DNA of 64,000 nucleotides. Source: an uncultured Nitrososphaeraceae archaeon. Its GTDB lineage: Archaea > Thermoproteota > Nitrososphaeria > Nitrososphaerales > Nitrososphaeraceae. Location: assembly GCA_963825865.1 (NCBI GenBank), contig CAWGVG010000033.1, positions 1 through 64,000 on the forward strand, written 5' to 3'. Below are positions 35,234-47,386 of this stretch, one piece after another. The first letter of the stretch is position 1. Each line of letters begins with the position of its first letter. The notes under the pieces are model-generated. The model searched no databases. It saw nothing but the letters and a program-made list of their open reading frames with translations, and was not told the origin of the DNA. Position numbers and translations under genes: made by a program.

Positions 35234-37799
35234 ATGATGCAGCGAGTAGGAGCATGTCTCCTTTTTGCGTCATTTATAATATTTACACTTTTGCTATTAT
35301 CCTCGATATTTATATCATCGTTATTATCATCACCAACATCACCAAATTCTAATGCTATTGCATACGGACAAGATGAAAAGAAAGGTGCATATGTTGATCA
35401 AATCAATTTTGTTCATTATCTTGATGAAAACGTGGCGCTTCAAGATCTAAAGGTTGGTAAAATTGATACGTATTTTTTTAATATACCTTTAGAAGTAGTC
35501 TCAGACACAAAGAATGATCCAAATCTTAACGTCTATGATACAACTGGTGGCTCAGAAGATCTCCTGTTAAATCCAGCTCCATCAAAAAACCCAGCTACCG
35601 GTGATTTTAATCCCTTCTCAATTAAGCAAGTAAGATTTGCTATGAACTATTTGTTAGATAGAGACTTTATAGTCAATGAAATTTTGAAAGGCTATGGGTC
35701 TCCAATGAATGATCCATTTGGATTGTATTCTCCAGAATACCTCAATATAATTGACACAGTACAGTCATTTGGATTTAGGCACAACCCAGAATTGGCCCAA
35801 AAGATAATTTCAGATGCTCTGAAGCAGGCTGGCGCGGTAAAAGATGTCCGCGGTGGTGATGGTGGTAAATGGACCTATAATGGTAAACCTATTACGATTA
35901 AAATCTTGATTCGGGCGATATTTCTAATAGGAAGTCAATTGGAGAGCTGGTAGCATCAAATTTGGAGACATTTGGATTTAATGTTGTAAGGGATTATGGC
36001 GACTTAAACAAGGCAAACTCTATAATATATGGCTCTGACCCACAAGACTTGAAGTGGAACATCTACGAAGAAGCAGTTCGCTTCATCTGGCTTTGCAAAA
36101 GTACGATCCAGGGAGTTGTAGCCCAGATGTACGCTCCTTGGAGATGCGAATATGCCTGGAACTCAAAATCCAGCATTTTGGAATTATAAAAACACTACAC
36201 TTGACACAATTACACAGAAAATCACTTTGGAAACTATACTTCTGAAAATGAACGAAACAATCTTTTAAGAAGCGCTATGAAAAACGGAATCCAAGAATCT
36301 GTTAGAATTTTTATAGCTAAAGACATAAACCCTTATGTTGCCACAAAAAATGTCAAAGGTTTGATAAATGATTTTGGCGCAGGAATTACAAGCAGATTTT
36401 CGTTAATTAACAGCAGATTGGACGACACTGGTACAAATAATATCAATGTTGGCATGAAGCAAATCAACGTGGGAGCATGGAACGGTGTTGCAGGATTCAA
36501 AGATGCATACAGCACACAAATGTAGAACAACTATATCAGATCCAGGAGTATACAGTGATCCATACACTGGAGAAGTAATACCAGTCCGCACGCCATGGAC
36601 TGATATTCAAACAAAGGGACCTCATGGTAAGGTTGCGGTATCCCCTGATGCGATCATATGGGATCCCGTAAACCAGCGTTGGAAGAAGGTTAGTGAAAAT
36701 AACAATAATAACAATAACAATGCTACTTCATCCATCAGTAAAGTCACTTATGATTTGAAATACAGCAAATGGCACAATGGAATAATGATGGATAAAAATG
36801 ACCTATTATACTCTGCCTATTTTGGACATGAATGGGGAACAAATACAGGGCAAAGCGACAAAACAGTGGATTCTGAATATACTAGCCAGGCTGGCACAGT
36901 CTATAAAATATGATAAAGGTATAAGGTTTCTCTCTGATAGCAAAGTAGAAGTCGTACCGTGATTTTTGGCACTTTGATAATAAGGAAATTGCGGGAGCTG
37001 CAGGTATATGGGCAGGTGAGCCTTGGGAAATCGGCCGCAGCGACAGAACGTCTGGTTACAGCCGGCAAGTTCGCCTTTTCAAAAACGGATTCCACTTCAA
37101 AAGGTGTGGATTGGCTTTCATCTAATAATCACCGATCTCATGCAACCGCAATAAAAGAAGAACTTCAAAAGATGAAAGACTGAAGGCTATGTACCTATCG
37201 CATTGAGGGATACGGTAATGTAGTTCAGGCAAAAAAAAGATATGATGCAAGCATCAACTGGATAACGCAACACAATAACGCTATAATAGGCAATGGTCCA
37301 TTTTACCTTGATAATTACAATCCTGCAGGAGGCATCATTACAATAAAGGCATTTCGTGACAATTCCTATCCATTTGAGGTAGGATACTGGAATAATAAAT
37401 ACGAACATCCGAAATTGGCCACAATTGAAAATGTAAATGATGTTCCAAGATTCATTCGTATAGGCCAACCGGTAAATATAGGAATACAAGTCCAATGTGG
37501 ATGGAAAACCTAGTAACAATGCTATAGTAAACTATTACCTATCAAATAGTAATGGAAGTGTTGTGTTAAGTGGGGTAGCAAAACCTTCTTCTTCTCTTCC
37601 TCCTACTAATAATAGCAATCCCACAACAGCAAATAATGCTGGTATATTCACAATTGATCTTAGCAGCAAGGATACTGCTAAATTATCTACGGGTCCTAGT
37701 ATTCTAAAGATATTTGCAAACAGTTTACAGGCGTACAAGCCCTATATACTCACAAAAACCATTATAGCTGTGAAAAGACAAACGATATCACAGGGGTAG
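35234..37799 (+). CDS. ABC transporter substrate-binding protein (family 5, peptide/nickel), heavily frameshifted
   Basis: Signal segment, LLLNPA...FNPF....VRFAMNYLLDR, WHNG..MD..D and IGNGPFYL motifs spread across many short ORFs. Confidence 0.85.
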
Positions 37800-38276
37800 C
37801 ATTAATGTACAGAACCTAATAGGATTGATATGTATGCATAAATTAGTAAAACTATAAAAAATTGTGAACAACAAATGATTTGAATTCTCTTACCACCATA
37901 TAGGTGCTTGAATTTCTTGCATTGAGGTTTTTAAAACTAATATCATATTATCAAATCTGAACCCATACGTAGAACCAGAATTTGTTGTTATTATATGGTC
38001 TTTTGCTTGCCACAATTGGCACTTATGCTGCTACTACTACTGTTAACGTCAATGCTATCAGCATACTATGGCGTTCGCCTAGAATATCCGTCACCATTGC
38101 CCAATGACTGTACATCATAGACTATTATTTTCATCTAAATATGGCTCATCTATTTTTTGATTTATATTTATAAATGTAGCATGCAATACTCTTGCAAATC
38201 CGCCCGTTAACAGTTTACCAACAAAGAAATATCACAAATTAGATTAAAAGGCCTAACAATATGATTACTGTTATTT

Positions 38277-38625
38277 ATGGCCATCAGAGTTGATATATCG
38301 TTCCTTCCTGGAGATTTAAAATACACTATTCTTAATAGTATTGAGGTAAAATCTAATTTAGATAATCAAAGCAACAACGATGTTATTATCTTTACAGAAG
38401 AAAATAACATTCAAAAGATTAAACAAATGATGCAAAAAATTCTTAGACAAAACCGTATTAATGCCTACATCGTTGCAGAGAATTCTGAAGAAGAAAATGA
38501 GATTACGATTCTTAAACAAGGTGATATGGAACAATTTGGAATCTATATATGTACCTCACTGTGGAATGTCGTTTGAAAGCGAAATTCAACGAACTGTACA
38601 TCAGAGAATACACTATTTCACATAA
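38277..38625 (+). CDS. Protein with C-terminal C2H2 zinc finger, frameshift near 38553
   Basis: Joined reading GIYIC(P)HCGMSFESEIQRTVHQRIHYFT*. Confidence 0.7.
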
Positions 38626-38681
38626 AAGAGATAAACAATAAGAGTCGCCTCAATTGCCAGCCATAGGCAACTGTGAGATAA

Positions 38682-39645
38682 TTATTGTCTAGTCTGGTTT
38701 TGTTGTTGCACTTGTGGTTGCTGCTGTCCTTGTAGTGGTAGCTGGAAAAATGGAAACGCACCAGTTCCTCCTAGAGAATAGGGCATTTGTCCATTCCATC
38801 TATTGATAGATTGCCATTGCAAATACTGTGGACTTTGTCTAAGCTGTTCGGTAATTATTTTGATAGCCTGTCCTTCACCCGATGCTCTGGCTACATTTGC
38901 TCTTGCTTGTGCCTGTGCTTGAACAACTGTCTGGTTTGCAATTACCTGTACTGACTTTAGATTATTTTGTTCAGTCAAGTATTTTTGAAATGCTACTACT
39001 TTTTGTTCAATTTGAGACGCAAATGCTTCTGAGAATTTAAAGTCAGTTATAAACACGTTCTCAACGTTTATGTCTCTTGCTGAGAGAGTGTTACGAATGG
39101 CAGTAGCTATTACCCCTTTCGCGGTTTCTCTTTTTGTTATGAGTTCTTCGGCGTTGAATTTTGCGACACTTGCTTTAACAGATTCTTGGATTGTAGGGGC
39201 AATTATTCTATCTGAATAGTCAGCACCTAGCTGTTGATATATCACGTTGGCATCACTTGGATTGATATGGTAGTTCAATGCTATCGTCGTTGCTACCTCT
39301 TGCAGGTCGTTTGAAGCAGCCGATGCATCAGCTTGGAATTTTAATGTACTGTACTTCTAACTGTATGACCTGTTCAGCAAATGGTACTATGAAATGTAGT
39401 CCTTCTCCTAATACCCTATTCTCAACTGCACCTACATACAGAACAACCCCTCTATGTCCTGCCTGTACAATGACTACTGATTCTGACATGACTATGATTA
39501 TTATGATAAATGTCACGATTCCTGCTAAAATTTTTAGTTTGTTAGACCCCAAGATGGATCCTGACTGTCCTGTATATTCAAGTGGCTCTCCGTCAGGGGT
39601 TCTTCTGTCATACGGTTTACCCGTTTTCTTAAAGGGATTCCTCAT
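38682..39645 (-). CDS. Prohibitin/band 7 (SPFH) protein, frameshifted near 39280-39350
   Basis: TM, V.AGHRGVV..GLHF..PF, FNAEELITKR and IEQKVVA motifs. Confidence 0.9.
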
Positions 39646-39750
39646 AAAATTAACTTTTCAATGGTACCTAGTATTGATTGTAATTTAAATTTGTTGGAGA
39701 TCAATGAGCTATCGCTCTAAGTATACTCATTTTGACCAGTTCATTGAACC

Positions 39751-40197
39751 TCATTCTCTAGTATCGGGAGCAACGCTTGCGGAACGAATCACAGATGAAA
39801 GAGAACGAAACAAAATCATTGGTGCTTTTCTGATTCCAGCACTTGTGGTTTTACCAATATACCTCATACTAGAGCTCCTGCTAACTAAGTCATTCACATA
39901 TCTTCTCCTTGCATAATTATATATCCGCTCGAAGTCTACAGAATAAGTCGATTTGCGTGGTCTCGGAGTGTAACTATACGATCGATGATAGTAAGTGTTG
40001 CTATCATAGTTTTTCCTTGACTGCTCGTCAGAAAGGACCTCATAAGCTTCAACGATCCGCATAAATTTTTGCTTTGATTCTTCGGAGTTTTTATTTCTAT
40101 CCGGATGATATTTTAACGCTAAATTACGAAATGACCTTCTAATTTCTGCTTCTGAAGCAGTGTCAGTAACCCCTAATACCTTGTAGTGATTCGTCAC
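39751..40197 (-). CDS. J-domain (DnaJ-class) protein
   Basis: YKVLGV...LKYHPDRN...EAYEVLSD; HPD motif present. Confidence 0.88.
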   Translation of the reverse strand: MTNHYKVLGVTDTASEAEIRRSFRNLALKYHPDRNKNSEESKQKFMRIVEAYEVLSDEQSRKNYDSNTYYHRSYSYTPRPRKSTYSVDFERIYNYARRRYVNDLVSRSSSMRYIGKTTSAGIRKAPMILFRSLSSVIRSASVAPDTRE

Positions 40198-41006
40198 TTT
40201 TGGTATATACTATATCAAGTTAATACGTTATAAACTGTGAGTAAGTTTTTCTTACTATCTGGCACCATGGTTTATATCAATTACTGTGTTTTTGTGACAA
40301 AGGAAAGCATTCGTAAATCGAAGCTTAAATAACACATGTCCTATTTGCCATTTGTTTCTGTCATCATTCTGATTTAGTTTCTGTGTGCCAATCAGTAGGA
40401 GGAGGATTAAGGAGTGGAAATGTCCTTAGTTATATTATTTTGAATGATACCCAACCGAATTTGAATTTATTAATTCAATCTTTTGGTAAACGAAATCGTT
40501 GTCTGAGAAAAAGATGAGAAAGTGTCAAGGTATTCTTCCAACAATAAAATACAGAATAACCAAAGACATTAAAAATAATATGCCCTGAAAGGGGTTAAGT
40601 ATACTTTGTTTTGTATCTGAAACAATCAGGCCACCAGCACCATATTATCAGCCATCTGCAGGAGGAGGCGGGGAAGTAGCAGTATAGCTCAAGCAGTTCA
40701 TCATCAAGTTGTAGATAAACAAAAATATTTTTTAATCTATTCTTCTTTGTTATTTCGTTAACCAATATAATTTCATCTTTTTCTTCTATATATAAAAAGA
40801 ATCGTCTATCAAATTATATGTTATGCTATAATGCTGAGATTATATTTACACTGAAGTGTTCAAAAGTAAACAGATGTTCGTTTGTTGTAGGATATTATCG
40901 CTTTACTATGGAGGTGAGACGTTTAATCTTCTCGTTATTGATGCAATCAGACTGACATATATAATCTCTTTTGAATCATAGATAATTCCTAACTGCATTT
41001 CGCATG

Positions 41007-42212
41007 TTATGGAGGTATATTATTTTTTATGATATTAGAATATAATATATTATTTTTTTCTGCCCCACTTTCCACTGCTATAGCATTCGATGATGATGAT
41101 TGTGGATTTACTATGACAGTATTATCATGTACCCTGTTATTAAGAGATTCTTTATCTAAATCTATCCCACTAATGCTGTTTGAAACCGTATTGTTGAAAA
41201 TTTCGTTATCATGTGACTCGGAAATAGTTATAGCTTTTTCCTCGCCGCTTATCAGATTATCCCTTGCAGTAGAATCAAACATATTTCTGCTAAACATTAT
41301 ACCTCTATTGACATTATTGTAAACGGTGTTTTTTTCTATTGTTATACGATAGCAATTCAAAGAACAAATTATACCGATAGAGCCATTATCATGAACTGTA
41401 TTGTTGCGGATTACCATATCATGGGTTCCTGTATGAGGATCTAATCCATAGTGCCCGTTGTCATGTACGTCGTTATTTTCAATAAGGAAGTTGCCTACAC
41501 CATTTGAATAAAAGCCAAAGTAAAGATGATGTATATTATTATTCACTATTATGCTTCCATCTCCACCAGCGTATCTCAAACCAGAAGTTCCTCCACCAAT
41601 TCCTGACTCATATCCTAAATACGCAATTTCTGAATTTGTAATGTTTGTCGTTCCAGTAGCGCTGTTCCGCACTGTTATGTATGGCCTTGGTCCACCAGAT
41701 GACACCTCGTATTTATTTCCAACCAATATCCTTGTTCCGTTACTTATTGCATAATCGTTTGTCTGAGGATCCCATGAAGTTACTTTCACTGAATCAATCT
41801 TTAAACTACCTGATACATCTATAGGATATGCAGTTCTTCCATCTGCTATTATTTTTAACCATTTTACATTATCTTTTGAGTCAATATTAAGTACTGCTCC
41901 TTTATCAATCATAATGCCTGCATTTAACAGCCAGACTCCGTCGGCTTGTTTATTTAACACACTATCATCATTAAGCTGATTATGTATATCGGTTAGACTT
42001 GCCGATTGACATTTTATTGTAATTGTTCTATTAGGGGGATCATAGCTAACGCAGCTTTCACTAGGAGAAGGAGAAGGAGCAGTATCAGTTGCAGTTGTTA
42101 TCGATTTTATCGCCGCTCCTCCGTCTGGCATTTCAGAATCGATTAAAGCTATTAATGACATAATTGTAATTAGCAGATACCTTAGAGAGGAAAAATCAAC
42201 TTTTATTTTCAA
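41007..42212 (-). CDS. Second AlgG-like beta-helix protein (paralog of 4985..6175)
   Basis: Shares ASLTDI.NQLNDDSVL, GVWLLNAGI, SLKIDSVKVTSW, SEIAYLGYE and YGLDPHTGTHDM. TTG start at 42212 chosen by alignment with the paralog. Confidence 0.75.
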   Translation of the reverse strand: MKIKVDFSSLRYLLITIMSLIALIDSEMPDGGAAIKSITTATDTAPSPSPSESCVSYDPPNRTITIKCQSASLTDIHNQLNDDSVLNKQADGVWLLNAGIMIDKGAVLNIDSKDNVKWLKIIADGRTAYPIDVSGSLKIDSVKVTSWDPQTNDYAISNGTRILVGNKYEVSSGGPRPYITVRNSATGTTNITNSEIAYLGYESGIGGGTSGLRYAGGDGSIIVNNNIHHLYFGFYSNGVGNFLIENNDVHDNGHYGLDPHTGTHDMVIRNNTVHDNGSIGIICSLNCYRITIEKNTVYNNVNRGIMFSRNMFDSTARDNLISGEEKAITISESHDNEIFNNTVSNSISGIDLDKESLNNRVHDNTVIVNPQSSSSNAIAVESGAEKNNILYSNIIKNNIPP

Positions 42213-42256
42213 GAGATATTGCTCTAATTTGCAATAGTGGTTATATATAAATTCTG

Positions 42257-42281
42257 TACAAAATGCTATAAACATTTTGTA
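42257..42281. promoter_or_regulatory. Inverted repeat TACAAAATG-N7-CATTTTGTA just upstream of the TATA box of the beta-helix gene
   Basis: Read directly; TTTATATATAA box on the minus strand at ~42241-42251. Confidence 0.4.
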
Positions 42282-42424
42282 TTGTACAGTACATGGTATT
42301 TTCTAATCACTACAACATAGGGTATATGATGTCATCTGAATGATGCTAGATATAATATAGATCTCCATCTTAAGAATGAGACAAGAGCTTTTTATATGAA
42401 TACACAAACAAACAACGCTACTTA

Positions 42425-42844
42425 TTATCTTAAATCTTCCAAATCCTCATCTAGAAAACCTTTCGGCGAAAGTGGTTTTCTTCCAATAAAACCTTCGTCT
42501 TTTGCATGCCAGAATTTGATTTCAGTTTCTCCAGATTTCCAACATAGCCATACTTCTTGGTCAAATCTCAATGAAGGAAAATCAAGTAGGCCTTCATCTA
42601 CGCTTTTTATCATGACTCCCATATCTTCAAGTTGCTCTATTGATTTGTAAAGATTCGTAACAGCTAAATTTAGCTCTTGTTTCTTTTTAATGAATCTTTC
42701 TAATGTAGAGCCTGATTCAATAATCATCTGTAATTCTCGTTGAATTGCAACAACATGATTCTTTTGAGACACAATAGTATTGAACCGACGTTTAACTTCT
42801 GGTAGGGCTCTATTCGCATCCTGAGGGGTATATGCTATAAACAT
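42425..42844 (-). CDS. DUF2203 family protein
   Basis: YTPQDANRALP...GV.IK.VDEGLLDFP...V.LCWK.GE.EI.FWH...GF.GRKP. Confidence 0.85.
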   Translation of the reverse strand: MFIAYTPQDANRALPEVKRRFNTIVSQKNHVVAIQRELQMIIESGSTLERFIKKKQELNLAVTNLYKSIEQLEDMGVMIKSVDEGLLDFPSLRFDQEVWLCWKSGETEIKFWHAKDEGFIGRKPLSPKGFLDEDLEDLR

Positions 42845-42899
42845 CAGACAAACTTTTTTCAGGAGCAGATAATTTATGTATTCCCGTAGCAAAAAGTGA

Positions 42900-43301
42900 C
42901 TAATGTCGATATCGCTTCTTTTTTCTTTTGTTGCTAATATTCCGTGCGCTTTTATATGTCGCAGGCATGCTTTGGTTATTCTTATCGAAGTCTCCTAGTC
43001 CATGTGGATAATTTTCCCAGGTGTTTGATCTTCCGAATAGATTATCAAGTTTTGCTGATGTAATACATGAGAATTTATTTAACGCTAAATGTAAAGTTTC
43101 GTGACTTAATAATGAGCTTGCTATTTCGGCGATCCTTCCCTCATTATAATATTCTTGCCAAGACCTATAATTTGAAATAAAAGCACGAGATCTTCCGTAA
43201 TAGGGTACAAACATTAATCCACGTTTACCCGCCATTCCTTTAAGCCCAAGTTCTATCACCATTTTTTGCCACCTTAGACGTATATCTACTCTCATTAACA
43301 A
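42900..43301 (-). CDS. Small hypothetical protein with HExxH motif
   Basis: LLSHETLHLAL; basic C-terminal tail. Confidence 0.55.
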   Translation of the reverse strand: MLMRVDIRLRWQKMVIELGLKGMAGKRGLMFVPYYGRSRAFISNYRSWQEYYNEGRIAEIASSLLSHETLHLALNKFSCITSAKLDNLFGRSNTWENYPHGLGDFDKNNQSMPATYKSARNISNKRKKKRYRH

Positions 43302-43817
43302 AAGATTGATTAACCTTATCCTTAAAAGAGTAAATAATTTACCTCAAAATCATATTTGTTCTTTGTTTTTTTCCGATGTTTTATAAGTAAAAATAGAGCT
43401 ATTTACCCGATACGATAAATATTGACTGGCTCTGATAAGGTGATCAGGTAATTAGAATAGAGAAAATATATCTTTTAATAGCAAAAGTTAAATTTTATAA
43501 CTAGATTTAAGATTATGTTAAAAAAAATGCACATAAACCGTATAGATACGATTTTTTTTGATGTATAATGGAATATTTGGAGTTGAAAAATGGTCTTAGC
43601 AATAACTATAATTTTAACTGCTTAGGCTAAAGTCAATCATGTTTGATTACTCATAATGGTTTTCTTAAACCATGTATATTTATATAAGCTCTTAATCGTT
43701 TGCTCTAGACTGGGAGAAAGAGATGATAAGAAAATTGTAGAAGATTACTTGATTGATTGATTGACTTTTTACTAGACAATACTTTCTATAACCTATTATA
43801 TTAAGCAACAAATAATT

Positions 43818-45226
43818 TTGATATTGGGCATTATTATAAATCGCTCCATACTAGAAAGACATCACCAGAATTATCGTTCTTTAAACATTGCGCTTTCTGC
43901 TTTAGAATATTCAATTAAAAATGTAGATCCCAAAATTCTTGTTAATAAAACGGTGAAGTTAAAAGGTTCAAATTTAAGCTTGAATGATATTCAAGGTAAA
44001 ACGGTAGAACTAAATCTCGATGATTTCAATTCTGTGTACATAGTTGGCGCAGGAAAGGCAACAGCTAGAATGACAGCGGCTCTCTGTAATATTTTAAAAG
44101 GAAGAATTTCATATGGTGCAATCAATGTTCCCTATCATACCAAGGGACAAATTGATAGAATTTCGATAACAGAAGCTAATCATCCGTTACCTGATGAATC
44201 AGGAGTTAATGGGACAAAAAAAATTGTCAATATTTTGAAAAAAACTAAGAGCATAGACCTAGTTTTTGTTTTGATTTCAGGCGGGGGTTCTGCACTGCTG
44301 CTGCTTTCCTGCTGAAGGCATAACGGTATTAAACAAACAAGAAATTGCAAGCACTATCATGTCTCGTGGGGCGTCCATTCATGAAATCAATGTTGTACGG
44401 AAACACTTATCGATGATAAAAGGTGGCCAGCTCTTAAGATATGTCAATAGGGGTTGCACTGTAGTTTCTTTAATTTTGTCAGACGTTATAGGAGATAATA
44501 TAGAGATAATTGCATCTGGTCCTACAGGTACCTGACAGTTCGACATTTAAAGAAGCTGGGTTAGTTCTAAAAAAATATCATCTTTGGAATGATAAAAATG
44601 CACAGAATACTGCAGTCAAAGAAGTAATAATTAATGGAATGAAAGGTAATATCAATGATACCCCAAAACCTGGAGATCCAATTTTTAAGAATGTAAATAA
44701 TTTGCTGATAGGTAACAATACACTTGTCTGCGAAAATGCTGTTAAATATTTAAAAAAACATAGGTTGCAGGCTTTAAATTTAGGTTCATCATTTGATGGT
44801 GAAGCAAAGAATTTTGGAAGAACGCTTGCAAGGTTAGCCCATAATTTTGGGATATCCTTTTCACCATTCGGTTTCGTTTTAGGAGGAGAAACGACTGTTA
44901 AATTGAATAAAAAAAAAAATAATGGAGCCGGAGGAAGAAATCAAGAGGCTATACTAGCAGCTATATTAAATTTCAAGTTTCAATGTCGTGATGATATTAG
45001 TATTGTGTGTATGGGAACAGATGGGATAGATGGAAACACTGATGCCGCCGGGGGCCTTTTAACTCCCAAAACGATCTCTATAACCAATGAAAAGAAATTA
45101 GAACTGAAAAGGTACCTAAACAATCATGATAGCTACAATGCACTGAAAAAAGTAAACTCATTAATAATCACTGGAAGAACCGGAACTAACGTAAATGATA
45201 TCGCCATAATTTGCAGATTGAAGTAG
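43818..45226 (+). CDS. Glycerate 2-kinase (MOFRL family), frameshifted
   Basis: GAGKA, HPLPD, LISGGGSAL, GGETTV, GGRNQE, GTDGIDG and TGTNVND motifs. Confidence 0.92.
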
Positions 45227-45509
45227 CATAATTCTAACAATGTATTTAATTTAATTCCAACTGCAGAATCTGTTCAACCTGAATGACTGATGGACGAGTT
45301 TTATATAATTAATTACTCTGCACTAAACCAACCGCTACCATCTAAAGCTAGGCTGCCCCAATCTAGCCAATAGAAGTTATGTCTTAGGAGAGAATATAAC
45401 AACGCCTTATCTACTTTATTTCTTTTTCCTATAGCGTAGATATATAATAAGTCCCGCCATAGCTAATGTTCCAGGCGCGACATAGTAGAGCATTAATTGG
45501 CCAAATGGT

Positions 45510-46121
45510 TCAAGTCTTTTTATGCTCAATAGTTCTTCTACTGTTCTTTTTTCTTCTATTTACAAGGACTGTTCCCGCTACTATTACAGAAATAGCGACA
45601 CTGGCAATAGGGAGTAAAAGCGAAGACGAAAAATAGACAGCAAATGAATCCAATACATTAATTGGATATGTAAAGGTAATACTTTGACCAGAATAACCAT
45701 TGTCATTTATATCAATATTTAGTGTATAAATACCAGATTTTGAAAACACATACTCATGTGTAAAATGATTATATGGCACAAATATTGGATGTGTCTTTTC
45801 TAAATTAACTCCATCCTTGATTATTGTAATAACAATAGGAATATCCACTAGCTCGTCACCATTAACACTACTGATTCTCAATAAAATTTGTGTATTCTGA
45901 CCAGCTATAGGTATTTTTGGATCTGTTTTCATTTCTATATTATAATTGCCAATCCTCTGGAGGATAGAGTTTTTAAGAGGATCGGCAATTGCCAGTTGAG
46001 CAGATGATAATCCAATTATTAACAGTACCACAATAATGAGCAAAAAAACTATGTTGAACATCATATACTTAATTTTCTGCATTTTTCTTCTTGAAAAGCT
46101 CGCTAACCAAGTATACAACAA
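45510..46121 (-). CDS. Secreted, C-terminally anchored Ig-like (YtkA/FixH-like) protein
   Basis: Signal peptide, P..P.AG...F.KSG.Y.L beta-sandwich pattern, C-terminal TM and basic tail. Confidence 0.55.
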   Translation of the reverse strand: MLYTWLASFSRRKMQKIKYMMFNIVFLLIIVVLLIIGLSSAQLAIADPLKNSILQRIGNYNIEMKTDPKIPIAGQNTQILLRISSVNGDELVDIPIVITIIKDGVNLEKTHPIFVPYNHFTHEYVFSKSGIYTLNIDINDNGYSGQSITFTYPINVLDSFAVYFSSSLLLPIASVAISVIVAGTVLVNRRKKNSRRTIEHKKT

Positions 46122-46274
46122 ACTTTAATTTCAATTTTTCTTTTTTGACTATAACTCATTGAGTTTCATTTGTTGTTTCTAACTCCATCAATCATTTCAG
46201 CGGCATATATCATTTACGACTTTTTCTAAAAAGCGTATAGTACCTGAGCAACTATATCTCCTTATTTAAAGAAT

Positions 46275-46311
46275 TGACATTGTCACTTTATTACAGTGAC
46301 ACTGTAATAAA
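46275..46311. promoter_or_regulatory. Perfect 25-bp palindrome TTTATTACAGTG-A-CACTGTAATAAA (46287-46311) plus adjacent TGACATTGTCA
   Basis: Read directly; lies between divergent genes. Confidence 0.55.
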
Positions 46312-46544
46312 ACGGTTGTTTGGCGAATAGATTGCATCAGGATTAGTAAGAACACAGAATAGAGAGTTATCATTCAAATGTATTGCTTACAACATGCATA
46401 GACTAACTAACCTTGTCATTATTGCGATGTTTTCTACATAGCCAAAGTAAAGTTCAGTTCAGGAACGAATGGATGTAGATACTAACAGTTATCAAACAAT
46501 TATTATATATAGACATTAAATTAAGCTATAAACTGGCTTATTAA

Positions 46545-47207
46545 TTGAGATATATCTTGGTATCTTTAGTCACTTTGACATTGTTTGTCATTTTAGCTAT
46601 ATTAGTTTCTCCCCGTCTAAATAGCAATGCTAACTCTATAATTATTAAACAAGATGCTCTAGCTTTTCTAAAGATTAACAACTCACACTACTACGCACTT
46701 AATGAATTGATGGTCTTGATGAGCAAATATGGAAGAGAAGTAGTTTGGTCTTTGACAATATTACTTTTGTTTATTTTTGGTGGTTGGAAAGGAAAGGAGA
46801 CAGCTGTAATTATGGCATTAGCAATGATTGTCATAATACCAATAGGTACTGCAGCAAAAGATATTATAGCAAGGCCCAGACCAGTAACTCCTAAAGCAGA
46901 TTATCTAGTTGCAGCAGATAGAGAATATGCTTTTCCTTCAGGTCATGCTATGATAGTGTCTGCTGGCGCTACTACGGTCTTAGCCTTATTCAGAGATTCA
47001 CCTAAGAAATTGGCAATATCTTTAGCCTTAGCTGTGGAAGCTGCTCTTTGTATCCTTTTCAAGAGTATATGTTGGTGGACACTATCCTTTGGATGTAGTC
47101 GGCGGTATATTGTTGGGAGTTGGAATATCATTTATTTTTATAGGGGAGGCAAGATATGTAGAACAATTACTTATGAAAATAAGGAAAGTAATAAAACCTC
47201 AAAGTAA
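46545..47207 (+). CDS. PAP2-family phosphatase, frameshift near 47050
   Basis: K...ARPRP, FPSGH and (other frame) SRVYVGGHYPLDV. Confidence 0.9.
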   Translation: MRYILVSLVTLTLFVILAILVSPRLNSNANSIIIKQDALAFLKINNSHYYALNELMVLMSKYGREVVWSLTILLLFIFGGWKGKETAVIMALAMIVIIPIGTAAKDIIARPRPVTPKADYLVAADREYAFPSGHAMIVSAGATTVLALFRDSPKKLAISLALAVEAALCILFKSICWWTLSFGCSRRYIVGSWNIIYFYRGGKICRTITYENKESNKTSK

Positions 47208-47386
47208 ATAATTGGCGTTGCTTGAAAACTTTTATTCCGACCGTATCTTCTTATTCTTTCTAATAAAGCAATTTCTACATTCACCATTGGAAATCTTAAT
47301 GCATCATAATACACTTATCGGACTGAAATAGATCCTAGATACCTTATTGTATATTTTCTTATCTCTATATAATTCAAAGCAATCAT

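Noticed and set aside
36697-36722. AAT/AAC, GAT and CAA triplet runs (poly-Asn, Gln, Ser) as functional repeats
   Set aside because: Common slippage-derived low-complexity tracts throughout the window; not locus-specific.
38649-38677. Hairpin between convergent genes as a terminator
   Set aside because: Short imperfect stem; archaeal termination mostly uses U-tracts, so support is insufficient.
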